This document shows, in pieces, positions 12,101-24,405 of a stretch of 64,000 bases of DNA. Origin of the DNA: Phoronis australis (Eukaryota > Animalia > Phoronida); contig NMRA01000136.1 in NCBI GenBank assembly GCA_002633005.1, positions 581,401-645,400 on the forward strand, read 5' to 3'. Positions within the stretch are counted from its first letter, which is position 1; every line of letters starts with the position of its first letter. The position numbers and the translations under genes are program-made. The notes under the pieces are model-generated. The model was not told where the DNA came from. It searched no databases and saw nothing but the letters and a program-made list of their open reading frames with translations.

Positions 12101-13827
12101 TTGATTTTTAGAAGAAAAAAAAGAAAAGTTTCCTGGGGCAAACCCCCCTCCCAACCTCCCCCCATTCGGTGATAAGCGCATCTACAATCTTGGTTTGCGC
12201 AACTGCTTACGGACAAAATGTTCGGCCCCCTTGTGATATCCTAGATCCGCCACTGAAATGATAAGTTAGTCGTACTTACTTACACTGGGTCACGGTCTCA
12301 CATCACTTGACGCCTACTGTTTGCATATCGGTGCAAACAAACTACGCGTTCTTGATCTCGTTTTCCGGTCTGCATAGATTTGAATAGAGCATCCAGGAAT
12401 TTACTGACTAACGGGCCTGTATGATGGCATTCAAATACTTGCAGGTAGGACACTAGAGTCGATGGACACGAGGTCATCTTCAATTTTGGCCATCAAGTTT
12501 CGTCACTTTTGTTTGGCGACCTTAATTTTCCTGCACGTCCAACAATAATATAGCGTTTCATATTAATCCGTGTTGTAAAACACTCATTTTTGTTTTCAGT
12601 TTCTAAGTGAAAAACACTTAATCAGTATGACAGACGGGAACTTGCTCACGGGGCTACAATCAGCGACACACTTTGGTCGGCCGGACTACTCAGCGATTCT
12701 GGATGCTATCTCATGTCAGCACCCGGAGGTTTGTTTGTAACCAATTGTAACTCTTCAACGGGCCTACCACAGAACATAAAACTGTTTAAAATGAATGTAA
12801 GAAAAAAATAACTGCGCTCGTGTCTTTTATCCCGTTTCCTGATCTGCTCTTTCCTAAAATTAAATCGCACTTAGCCTCAACCCCATTGGGCGCTTCCTGA
12901 AGATTGTCATAGACCTTCTTTTTCTGGACGAATATTTTTGGAAAAGTTGTCAATTTCAGCCCACTTCTTCACATATTCACATGAACCATTTAAAAAATCA
13001 CAAAGCCTGTCCACGTAAGTGCCAGTAAGCAAATAGGGAAATTTTGATGATTTGTGTTCGCGCCTGCAAAAACACCATACTCGTTCAATTCTAGCCGGTT
13101 AATTGACTTTTTCATTTAAGAAGTTTGTATAGAGTTAAGAACCATGATAAGTAAAACGAGGATGTTATATTTAACGCTTAAAGGTGAACTTAATATTCAT
13201 GAAAAACCTAGTTCAATCGAAATTCAACAGTGGTCAGCCATATTGCATGACCATAGCGCATGTACTGTATAGAAAGACAATCCTTCCATACAAAACACCT
13301 TAAAAGGACCCGCAAGTCTAAATTAAACATAACTTTACGGTTTGTAGACCTTATCTAGCTGTACGCCACCTGGTGATGTACGAATTAAACCTCAACCCCT
13401 AATTCAGGCTCCATTTATTGATGAGTATATTTTCGAGGTTTTCCACAATAGTTTTTAACTATAAAAGAACTTTCGCCATCTTTGTATCTGACGCACTCAT
13501 TCCCTGCCAAATTTTGCTTGCTTATCTTATTGTCGTTGCAATGATGTTTCTGAGAGCATGAGATCTTTACGTCACTCGGCACACCGGACAGCGGAAACTT
13601 TAAAAACGTGATTCTCATACAGAAATTAACGACGGTTACATGACTTTTGAATCTGTAAACTCAAAATGGACAGCTGAATTGTTACTGCTCCTTTTCAGGT
13701 GACCAAATTTGGTGTCTTCGCTTGCGGCCCTTCCATTATGTCGAAAACTGTGAGGAAGGCATGTTCCCAACACAATGGACACTCGGACGTGACATTCGAT
13801 TTTTATGACGAAATATTCAATAACTGA
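110..13827 (+). CDS. Duox: Dual oxidase (DUOX family NADPH oxidase), copy A; 3' part, 5' end lies upstream of the window
   Basis: 18 phase-consistent GT-AG exons: 110-247, 1438-1572, 2307-2509, 3020-3205, 3945-4158, 4427-4520, 4803-4942, 5127-5259, 5833-6011, 6499-6729, 7333-7429, 8920-9130, 9574-9694, 9945-10159, 10535-10690, 11095-11250, 12600-12728, 13699-13827 (TGA). DUOX hallmarks in the translation: DPCEQPKQLN..DYFSGSE then a TM helix; EF-hand region; TRGSASAMSF; heme His pairs (FHVITSYTSVFLSVVH, CHRLFYVIYALIILHG); HPFTITSSP (FAD); DGPYG; GGIGVTAF; IYFIW; THFGRPD; GVFACGP. Confidence 0.95.
3197..3407 (+). repeat. 36-bp tandem repeat (~5.9 units) spanning a DUOX exon/intron donor site
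   Basis: Unit TTTGCTGAGGTAATATCACTGCCTTGTTTTATGTTC starts at 3197, 3233, 3269, 3305, 3341 and 3377. Copy B has only the junction portion once (~60346-60368). Confidence 0.95.
6833..6960 (+). mobile_element. tRNA-derived SINE head (intronic)
   Basis: A-box-like TGGCCTGGTTG at ~6842 and B-box GGTTCGAATCC at 6885-6895, followed by non-tRNA body sequence; no convincing full cloverleaf. Confidence 0.6.
11282..12255. mobile_element. Non-autonomous TIR element (MITE-like) in a DUOX intron, containing a tRNA/SINE-like segment at ~11938-12000
   Basis: Imperfect inverted ends CATAGGCGGATT / AGATCCGCCACTG with AAATG on both flanks. Internal GGTGTAGTGGTAAAGCAC A-box-like sequence and a poly-T tract at ~12034-12057. 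Confidence 0.5.
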
Positions 13828-14371
13828 ACAGTCTTGAATGGAAAGCATGTTGCTTATTATTTGTTTTCTCATGTTACATGTTTGTCTTTATTTATCAAAT
13901 ATTAGATACTGATTATTTAAGTTAGACATCAACAGTGCTACTCAACAAAATATTATTTTATTCCATCGGTCAGGTTTATTTTGGATCTGCAGAATTGTCC
14001 CGAAAAATCGACGAGGTAGTTTTTCAACAACAGTCCTGTAGCGCAATTGAATAGTCTGAAAAACGTGCAACAGTATTCTCACACTGTTGCCCGGCGTTTT
14101 TTCCTGGTGTCGTTGTTTTTTATGTTTGCTTTTTTCTTACCATTTTGAATTCTATTTGTGCTCTGCTAATTGTGTTGTTCTAACTCGTCTCTACGTTGTA
14201 GGCGCCCTGGTGGCGTTTTTGTATTATGTTTGTCTTGTTGAGCCTTTGTTTTATATTCGTGTTTTGTAATACTAATTCATATAAATTTACCTTTTGTCTA
14301 CTCACTTCTTGTTGTACACTTCAGCTTAACAGAAAAGATCCCGAAAAATTGTTTTACTTAACTGACAAGTT

Positions 14372-17300
14372 TTTTATGAAACATTTATGAATTCAACCAA
14401 CCAGTACATAGTTGTGCAGCAAATATGAAATCTAGTTAAGTGTACATCAAAAAAATTACGAACATTATCGGACCCTATAAAAACAAGTTAGGCAAAAAAG
14501 AAGACAATTCAAGAAGACACTTGTTCCAAAAATTGGACTACTGTTTATACAAATTTTGGGGTTTTACCACAAAGGATGGTACAAAGGGTTATCTATCTCA
14601 CACAGATTGATAAATTCGTATAAGATACAAAAAATATCCTACCATAAATATTCTTAGTACGGTTAGATACTTCAAGGAAAAACCAAGAGCCTAACTGAAA
14701 AGAGTCATTTTTTATATTAGGAATAATTTCACATAAAACATTTAGCCAAGGATAAGTATTGTTATAATAATTTTTGAAGAATCTTCGAATCCAAGTCAGT
14801 TAAGTAGCTTTGACAAATGACGCAATATGGACCATATTCTCACCTTCGTCTTCAGATTTCTGTACCATGGTTTTTCTAGAGATTCTATCAGACGAGGTAC
14901 CCCATATAAAATTTAAAAAATATTTTTTCAATGTCCTTAAAAAGTAGCACTTGGAAAAGGAAGTGTGTAAAAGAGGTGAATCAGTTTTGGTAATAAAAAA
15001 GATTTGACAACCGTTATCTTACCAAAGGTAGATAAATTTCTTTTTGACCAATTTTCAATGCCTTTTCTAACCTCGTTTAATTTTTGCATCGTAGTTTAAG
15101 TGAATCATGTCCTGTAAGTTGACAGAGAAGGTAATTCCAAGGGACGTGAACTGAGAACTTGCCCATTTTAAATCTTTTTCATAGCAAAGCTTATCACCAC
15201 AACATATCTTAAAACCAATCCATATACAAACAGTTTTATCGATATTGGGTGTCAAACCAGAATACTTAGCAAACTGATCAAGAAAATTAAGTGACGATTT
15301 TAAAGAGGTCTATGAACCATCTAGAAAGAGGACTGTGTCATCTGCATATTTCATTAATTTATACTCTAAAGAGCCTACTTTTTTGCCTTTAACATTCTCT
15401 CATTGCCTCAACATAGATGCCATAATTTCGGCACACAACAAAAAAGATAAGGTGAAAGGGGATCCCCTTGTATGCAACCTCGGCAAATGTTAAAGTACTT
15501 AGACGTAAAGCCATACTGAATGACCGAAAGTTGGACACTTTCATTGAGTATTGTGAACCAACGAATAATATCGTCACCAAAAGTGAACGAGTGTAGAACT
15601 TCCTTAAGAAATCCCCAGGACACAGAATCAAAGGATTCTTCAAAATCAATTAATACCAGAAGTCCGAGAGTATCCTTAACTTGAGTATATTGCAAGATGT
15701 CATAAATCACTCTGGTGTTCTCCCCGATAAAACGACCTGGGAGAAACCCAGTTTGATTAGGATGAATTAACTTATTTAAAACAGATTCTATCCTTTGAGC
15801 AATACATGCTGAAAATAGTTTATAACTTGAATTTAGTAAGGAGATTGGTCTCCAATTTTTAATGTATTCACGTGGTTTCTTGCCCTTAGGAATCAAAATA
15901 ATGACAACTTGACGCATAGTGGTAGGGAGACGGCCGGTTCGAAAACTGTAATTAAAAGATTTGATCAAAAATGGCAACAATTCTTTCCAAAAATGTGTAA
16001 AATTCTACAGGAAAACCACCAGTCCTCGGAGTTTTGTCATTTTTCATACATTTAAGGAAAGCCGCAGCTTCAGTACATGTTATTGGTCCTTCTAGTTTTT
16101 CTTTCAAGTGGGCGTCTAGTTTCGACATATTTTCAGTGGTCACCAAGTCCTCCAACTCATATTGGAGATAGTCATTTTCTTTGGCTGCATATAAATTTGC
16201 ATAGAATTTTTCGATTGCACACAGTATTGCTTTTTTGTTTGTCAAGCTTCGTCCAGTCTCGTCTATAAGTTTATGGACATTCTTGTTCACGTAATTGCGT
16301 TTTTCTAAGTTACTAAAATATTTGGACGGTTTTTCACCATCCTCGATCCATTTTGCCCGAGATCTCAGCATCATGCCTTTCACTATGCCCTTTCNCCAGT
16401 CCTCGGAGTTTTGTCATTTTTCGACATATTTTCAGTGGTCACCAAGTCCTCCAACTCATATTGGAGATAGTCATTTTCTTTGGCTGCATATAAATTTGCA
16501 TAGAATTTTTCGATTGCACACAGTATTGCTTTTTTGTTTGTCAAGCTTCGTCCAGTCTCGTCTATAAGTTTATGGACATTCTTGTTCACGTAATTGCGTT
16601 TTTCTAAGTTACTAAAATATTTGGACGGTTTTTCACCATCCTCGATCCATTTTGCCCGAGATCTCAGCATCATGCCTTTCACTATGCCCTTTCTAATATT
16701 TTCGTTATCTTTCTGCAAATCTGAATAAATTTCAAGGAGAAGAGCAGAATTACTGTTGCACATCATTTCCCTAAGAAAACTTAATTGCTCCTCCAAATTC
16801 TTTTCGTGTCGATGCTTTTCTTTTTTCTTGAAAGCTAAATAAGACAAAGTATAATTTCTAATATTCAATAGAATCATCGCAAGAAGAAGAGAGTCGTCTA
16901 TAGTGGACTGACCGTCTGACAAATTGGAGACATTATCATGAGATAAATATTCCTTCTCGGTTTTAACTATGATGTCTTTCACATTACTGATACATTCTAC
17001 ATCACGTAATAATAGACCTTTACCTCTAACACATTTAGAGGCCTGAATAGTAATCACGACACAATGATGGTCGGTTCTATAACCTGGGGACGTTTCAATA
17101 TTTTCTATCCAAGAGGAAAATTCGTCGGACACTAGAAAAAAGTCCAGACGGGCTTGCTTACAAGGGTTAATTCTGAACCAAGTACAGTTTGTTGTATTTG
17201 GGTTACGTAACCGCCACGGGTCGACCAAATTTAACTGCGACATCAGACTCATAGCTTGTTTTCTTGCAGACGGATTAGTTTGGTGTTTGTATCCTAAACA

Positions 17301-19119
17301 GTCAAGATTGAAATCCTGAACCAAATTCCAGTTGCCGCAAATGATTATGAACTCTGAATTGTAGTCATAGACTACTTGAAGCAGGGTTCTAAAAAATTTA
17401 GGGTCATCCTTGTTGGCCATAAATATTAGCTAACGTTACTGAGACTCGATTTTCAATAAGTAATTCGATGTCAACAAGGTTTCCTTTATCATCAAGATGG
17501 ATTTTACCAACTTCACATTCAAAGTTATTATTTGGCAGTATGCAGACACCTCTTGATTCTCTTGTTCCAGGGCTCATGAAAACATCATATCCCACTGAGT
17601 CCTAATAACAGAAATTTCTGATTCAATAAAATGAGTTTCTTGCAAGCAACAGATACCACAACACTTCCGTCTCAAAAATTCAAAGACATCCTTTCTCTTA
17701 ATTGTGTCCCTTAGCCCTCTGCAGTTTAAAGATAAGATACTAACCATGTTCCGACAAAAGACATGACAAATCGGGTCTATCAATTAAAATACTAAGTGTG
17801 ATGTATATAGAACGCACACAAGTTGGTAAATCAACAAAAATCGCTCCCAGGAATACGTAAAAAAACAAAAAGCGCGTGGCTAAAATGTACTTCACCACCT
17901 CTATGATACATACTGGACATCAGCTAAGGCGATACCCGCATTCATAGACCTGTGTTGATATGCAAATCAGTTGTAGACACAATGAAAGACTCAACTGAAT
18001 AGAACACTGCCCACATCAGTCAACTTTACATGTAGATGTAATGGGCCGATGCCTAAAAAGAAACAAAGAAAGGACTGGCAGTGTTCTATCTGTTACAAAG
18101 TCAAGTCAATAGTTATCATACCGTAGCAAAGAAACCAAAAACATACCGTCAGCAAAAAGCTGCGTAAGCATATCATATGAGCAATAAACCAAACAATATT
18201 TTGCAGTCTTTAATTAATGAAATTTTGGAAACACTGTCTACACTCACACGCAGTCACTGGACTTGTTTAACCTGACGACTCTCGCAAATACGCAGGAATG
18301 TCCTGAAAATTATCCACAGAATACGACTTACGATCAATATGAAGTGTGTCTATCGTTAGAAAAATAGAGTTTACTGAAGGACACGCATTTGCAGCTTTCA
18401 AAATCGGGATGAGTGGCTTTCTCCTATTTACCATTAGCCAGGGGAAATCTTCATTCACAAAGAATTCTGTACACTTGAAATTCTTGCGCCCCGACCAAAT
18501 TTTCTCTCTTTGTTCGAAAAAGGTGAATTTTGCAATGATAGCCCGAGGTTTTCCATTCTTTTTCACTCCTGTTCTCTGCACTCGCTCGAATAAGATGTCT
18601 GTTATGTTGAAAACCATTTTCAAAACGGAGCATAACTTTTCTTTACAAGACTCCCCGTCGCTTTCTTGTATGCCACCGAATCTAAGGTTTGAACGGCGTG
18701 ATTGAAACTCGATATTACAGAGTTGTTTTTTCAGGTTTTCATTTTCTTCCGTCATCGCCCTTATATTTGCTTCATTGTTTTTAGAGCGTTCGCTACTTTC
18801 CTACGCCAATGACTGAGTTATTGCAATAGAATTCTTGATTTCTGACAGAGTTGAGCTCAAACCCGCTAACTGTTCTTTGATAGATGAAAGCCACGCGGGC
18901 TCTGTCTCGGCTGCGGTACGAGTTTCGCTACTCATTGAAACTGGCCTCGTAGCCACATAATAATCAGCGATAGTCTTCTTATTTTTAGAGCGACCCATCA
19001 TTCAAAACCGTGCAAGCAGAAATACAACTAAGGTAGGAAAAATTTGAATTTCTGGAGGCGTTGCAGCAGAGCTCCTCAAAATACATCTTCTCGCTCCGCC
19101 ATTTTAACCGGAAGTCCAT
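14372..19119 (-). mobile_element. L1/Tx1-clade LINE with both ends present, inactivated (ORF1 plus APE-RT ORF2)
   Basis: ORF1 at 19001-18267 (RRSNLRFGGIQE..PRAIIAKF..VNEDFP) with one in-frame TAG at 18801-18803. ORF2 starts ~17747 (ILSLNCRGL..LQETH; ARLDFFLVS; TDHHCV; LRSRAKWIEDGEKPSKYF; KNWRPISLLN; QGDPLSPYLF; YADD at 15337-15348) and has frameshifts. A 14-bp target-site duplication TTAACTGACAAGTT lies at 14358-14371 and 19120-19133. Confidence 0.92.
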
Positions 19120-19389
19120 TTAACTGACAAGTTCATTATCTTGTAAAATTGTGGAGGTTTTTCAAAAATAACAACGTAATCGAACAAACAACATGAATTA
19201 TGGGTAATTTCCACTGCGTGTATGTTTGTCACTTTGAAGTGTGTCCCATGGTTCCATGGTGGGCAAATCTGCATAGCTCTCACGACAGACTTGAAAATAA
19301 TTCGCAAATGGTTAAAAAGAAATCATTAAAGGCATGCACAACGATCAACTTCAACGCTTGAAAATTGTGGAGGTTGAGTTCACATCAGT

Positions 19390-19630
19390 GTATTATACAG
19401 AGACCACATTATATGCAGACTACATTGTATGCAGATCTAGTTATATGCAGTCTCCACTATACACACGCCACAATATATGCACTCACACTGCATATACGCA
19501 GATCATAATACCCATACTCAGACTACGTTATACACAGACCACATTATACACAAACCACATTACATGCAGACGGTGTTATACACAGACCAGGTTATACGCA
19601 GACCACATTATAAGCATGCTGCATTATACG
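19390..19630. repeat. Degenerate ~19-20 bp minisatellite (ACCACATTATAC(A/G)CAG-like); second array at ~22130-22320
   Basis: Recurring cacattatac/gcagac motifs. The flank gaaataattcgcaaat(g/a)gttaaaaa precedes both arrays (~19293 and ~22058). Confidence 0.65.
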
Positions 19631-20304
19631 CTGAGTACGCTGGCAGGTTACAGGAGTCTCAAGACCAAAACAAAAGCTATGTACACTTATGTAAAATATT
19701 GACCACTTTTGATTAGGCGGGAGAGTAAGCAAAACAACCCCGGAAGCAAGCCTTTTCTTAATCTTAAGGTATTCGTACTCAGTCGATGGAAGACTTGCGT
19801 GAGTTTTTTATGGCTTTACACCAGTGCGTTGTCTTGAGATGTCAGGGCAGGTCAAAAGTTTCAGTAGCAAAGTCGAACTTTTCAGAAACTCCTCGCTCAT
19901 TCAGCCTATGAGATCTCTCCACTAATCAAACTGGATATTTCTTATTGCTTTTCAACATTTCATTCACTGGTATCTGAGACCACGGTTTATCGCTCTGGTA
20001 AGCACAACCAGTAGTTATCGCTATTTCATGCAGCCCCAAAAGACAGCTTGCAACCTTAACTTTCAGACCTTCAAGCTTCTGGGATATAAGCCTAAAATCT
20101 GGAAATCCTCATTTAAGGCCTGGAAACAAAAATCGCAAAGCGGGAGGGGACATACAGGCCGGCAGCCAAGAGCACTTAGCATAGATGAACGAGGTACCAA
20201 CGTCTGACCACGGGAGTATTTAGTGTCCACCTCAGTATGTACAGAAATGGACGTCTGCCGTTATATGCACTCTGGGTGTGACCCCTGGGGGCATTACAAA
20301 GGGC

Positions 20305-20880
20305 CCAAAAATGAGCTAGACTAGATATTCGAGGTACCGGCCAAAACTAATATAAAACGAACAATAGTACAGCACTGAACACCAAATGACCCATTACAGA
20401 CAAATTACACTCTGGAATGGGTCCGGCAGAAATCAAAAATGGACCCCCCAAAAATTTGAGCTAGCACATACATTCGAGGTACCACAAAACCCGACTCCAT
20501 GTGATTCAATACATGTCACAGATCACTAAAACCCCAGTGACAGACAAATACACTCTGGGTTGTGCCCGGCAGAAACCCCCAAAAATCTCAACCACGGTAT
20601 GCCATCAAAAATTTGACCTAGACTAGATTTTCGAGGTACCGACCAAAACTGAATTTAAACGAACAATAGTACCGCACTGAACACCAAATGACTCATGACA
20701 GACAAATTGCGCTCTGGAATGGGTCCGGAAGAAACCAAAAATGGACCCCCCAAAAATGAGCTAGTACATACATTCGAGGTACTACAAAAAACCAACTCCA
20801 TGTGATTCAATACATGTCACAGATCACTAAATGCCCTATAACAGACAAAATACGCTCTAGAGGTGCCCGGCATAAACCCC
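20305..20880. repeat. Tandem repeat of ~300 bp, each unit made of two related ~150-bp subunits
   Basis: CTAG..TTCGAGGTAC core at ~20329, 20473, 20630 and 20773; subunits alternate A-B-A-B. Confidence 0.8.
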
Positions 20881-21324
20881 CTTTACTCTTTCCGTACTAG
20901 TGCAACGGACTCGCTGTAGTCTGAACACATTGTCCGGGCTGCATGTATTTGATACATCCGGACATTTGCTGAATGGCGGCTGGGCATGGGTGATGTCATT
21001 CAAATGCATGCACTTGAGACACTGAGGCCGATGGATCCGTGAGTAACTTTGGGTATCTAAGATCAAGTCCGCATCTCACGTCACAAGTCAAGATGAAGTC
21101 CGTGAGATGCGGACGCAACGTTGCTAATTTTTGTAAGTTTTTATTCCAGTATTAGACTCAAACTTGATCTGTTTTCTCAACTGGATGTCTCAAATTTTCA
21201 TATTTTTGGGTATCTAATTCAGTCACCTATGCTTTGAAACCTTCCGTTCTCCTGCACATCCAATTAAAATTGCAATGTGCTGTTTGAAAGTCAGTCCTGC
21301 TTCTACACCCATTTCTATTTTCAG

Positions 21325-21453
21325 TTTCTGAGCGAAAAGCACTTAATCAATATGCCAGGCGGTAACTTGCTCACGGAGCTACAATCAGCGACACATTTTG
21401 GTCAGGCGGACTATCTAGCGATACTGGATGCCATCTCACTTCAGCACCCGGAG
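21325..21453 (+). pseudogene. Orphan, decayed copy of the DUOX penultimate exon
   Basis: 129-nt match to exon 12600-12728 (FLSEKHLINMPGGNLLTELQSATHFGQADYLAILDAISLQHPE). Acceptor AG intact, donor changed from GT to AT, GRPD changed to GQAD; downstream intron similarity retained. Confidence 0.85.
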
Positions 21454-21597
21454 ATTCGCAGCTTGTAACTCTTCCACCTGCCTATTTACTTCACTAACAT
21501 TAAAACTGTTTGAACTAAAGAAAGTGGAAATACCTACGTCAAGACACATGCAAGAACAAACTAACTGAATTCGGGTCTTTTTCAATGCCGGACCTGC

Positions 21598-21656
21598 TCT
21601 GTCTGTCTGTCTGTCTGTCAGTCTGTCTCTCCCTCCCTCCCTCCCTCCCTCCCTCC
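21598..21656. repeat. (CTGT)n(CCCT)n microsatellite
   Basis: Direct inspection. Confidence 0.9.
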
Positions 21657-22899
21657 TATTATAAAACCAATCGTATAAAGTTGTTTCGCACAAAGATTAC
21701 AAGTCAAATTGACAGGTCGTTTTTTCTACATACTAGACCGATTAAGGTTATTTCNTCTCTCTCTTCCACCAATCATATCGATCTTTAATTAATTTTACAA
21801 TCATTTCATTCATTGTCTATCTTAAGCTCTTCAGACAACTTATTATTTTCAAATGTTCTACTCAAGTTTTGTAACTGACGTCATTCTAGTCGAGCTCTAA
21901 GTGCGACAGTGCCTTTATATAGAAACCCAGAAGTAAAGTGTGTTAACATCAAAATGGACACTCAGATGCGACATTGGAGGTTTATGACACAATATTCAGA
22001 CAGTTTGCTAAACTGTTTTCTCAAATCCTCAAAGCTCTTGCGAACAAAGAAATAATTGAAATAATTCGCAAATAGTTAAAAATAAATTATGAAAGTTGTG
22101 GAGATCAATCAACGGCGCAAAAGTCGAATCTTAAGCACAGATCATACTATTCGAAAACCACATTATACGCAGGCTACATTATACACAGACCACACTATGT
22201 GTAGACCAGATTATTCTGCGACTACATTGTACACATATATCATTATAACCAGATCACATTGTGCGCATACTATAATATGCACAGACCACACTGTATGGAA
22301 CTGCCATGATACTACGAGTTCATTAACAGATCGTAGGCTTTTGTGAAAGATAAAGAAAGGAAATTTACAATGGACTAAATAGACATTGCCTATGCGTGCC
22401 ACCATGCTCAGAAACACACGCCAGGCGAGACTGTGGCTACGGGGAGATGGAAAGTTCCGGTTTCCAGAGATTTCACACCGAAAGTGAAGGAAGCCTGAAG
22501 AAATCTCGGATAACATATAGTCAAGGCAAGAGAAAAGTAAGAGTGCGGGTTAGTTAACGTACGAGAAGCCGGTGAGCTGGGTCAAAAGAAATACATGCGA
22601 CTTGAGATGACATTGTAGAGTGCTCAGCTGAGAGAACGCGTAGTCATCAGTAGTAGGGATTTGGTCGAGACTCAAACCTAAGCACTGTGTGTATAAGCAG
22701 GGTCAAAACGCTCTTCCCGTGCTTTCTTTCAAAAAAAAAACAAGTTTTGGTTTATACCACTTACCTTTATAAAAGTGTCTTTGTCTTGTTCCTTACTAAA
22801 TTTAGAGGAAAATTTCGAGATTATTGAACAGTGGCCTAAATCAAGCTTGGTTTCTTCATCGAAAGCACGAGTTTAATGCCACTTTTAAACACACACTGG

Positions 22900-23450
22900 C
22901 TGGTAGACATTAATATACATAGCTGGAACGTTAACGGCATGGACTTAAGAACTACTTTCACGGCTTTGATATTCAGGAAACACGGAGTAACAGTTTAGAT
23001 CGTTTTCAATTGGACCATTAAACTACAATTGCAAAATAAAAAAATAAATTTGGTACTCAGATGGCATTTTGCTATTGTGAAAGAAAATGTTGTACCATCT
23101 ACCTCATTGCAAGAGCCCTGCTATCCAAATGTTCTTTGGGTGAGATTTCATTTAGTCAACTGGATTGAAAAATTGACTGAATAAAGCTTGCCACGACGTC
23201 ACACGCCGAAGTCCACTGTACATTGGTTTAAGAATGGCTAACGACAAGAGAAATTGAAAACGGTGCTAGCCAAGTAGAATCTTCATTTGTGCGAAAACGA
23301 AAATTATTCAGTCAAAACGGTTACCAGACGGATGAAATTATAAAATGGTCTGGCCCACATCATACAGGACCAGTCTATGTTTTACCCAAAAGATCAAGTA
23401 CATTTTCTGATAACTTGGTCTTTGACCATTTAGTATTCGACATATAGAAA
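22900..23450 (+). mobile_element. Highly decayed LINE endonuclease (APE) fragment
   Basis: Translation IHSWNVNGMDL...DIQETRS matches the N-terminal SWNVNG/QET motifs of LINE endonucleases; sequence downstream is disrupted. Confidence 0.45.
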
Positions 23451-24333
23451 GATTTTAAAACATTTTCAACGGTTTGATAATAAAGAAAACGATACTCTCG
23501 GCTATGATGGCGGAATCATGTGCGCTTGACCACCAGAATACCTGTGTTTGTCGTCGACGCTGACCACGTTGAAACTAGGTGCAAATGGCAATGGCGCATG
23601 CAGGACAAGTCGGACACGTTTTCAATACTTCGTGGTCAGTGGCGAGCATTCTAAAAGTTCGATGCTCTACTTATCTGTGGAGAGGTGCAAATAAGGGATC
23701 AGAAAAATACTTTAACTTTTCCACCTCAGGAGGAGATCCATGATCCCTGCGAGAACAAAAACGTAAAACTGTTACAATACTTAGTCTCTTATCTACAAGA
23801 ACAGAGCACGGAGCACCAAATTTGATAAATGTTTCAAAGAGATACTAAAGCAAGTGCACAGAATCAAGTTATAAACACGGCACCATGCAGCGGCGGTCGG
23901 AGAGCCGTATTTGTGAGTCTGGTCGCAAGTTTGTGAGTCGGTGTAGTGTCGGTGGTTTTAGAGGTACGCGTGTCGTCAGTCCGGCGCCGTGTTGGTCGGC
24001 CAGAGAAGTGTTGGTGTGTCCCGGTGAGCGTGGCGTGGAAGTGAAGAACTTTGAATGTAACATGAGCGTTGTTTTCACTTCTGATTTATGGACCCAACCC
24101 GCGTCATTTGGCGTAGCTGTTCGCGACGTACTGTAAGGGAGGAGCTGAACGTAAGCAATTCGAGCCAAGAAGGGAACTAAGTATAGATCAGGGTGATTGC
24201 AAATTCGGTCGTACTTCACGTTTATTTGTACTGAAGTAAAGCACCTCGGAAATATTTGCTCTCGATGGTCTATCGTTACTGATGGAGACTTCAAATTCTT
24301 ATTTTTGTAATTATTATAATACCAGCATCTCGG

Positions 24334-24335
<2 letters not shown>

Positions 24336-24402
<67 letters not shown>
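24336..24402. repeat. (GA)n microsatellite
   Basis: Roughly 33 perfect GA units. Confidence 0.97.

Positions 24403-24404
<2 letters not shown>

Positions 24405-24405
<1 letters not shown>

Noticed and set aside
22342-22830. Possible solo LTR (TGT..ACA, TATA-like motif, followed by TGG)
   Set aside because: No target-site duplication, no second LTR and no gag/pol sequence; insufficient support.
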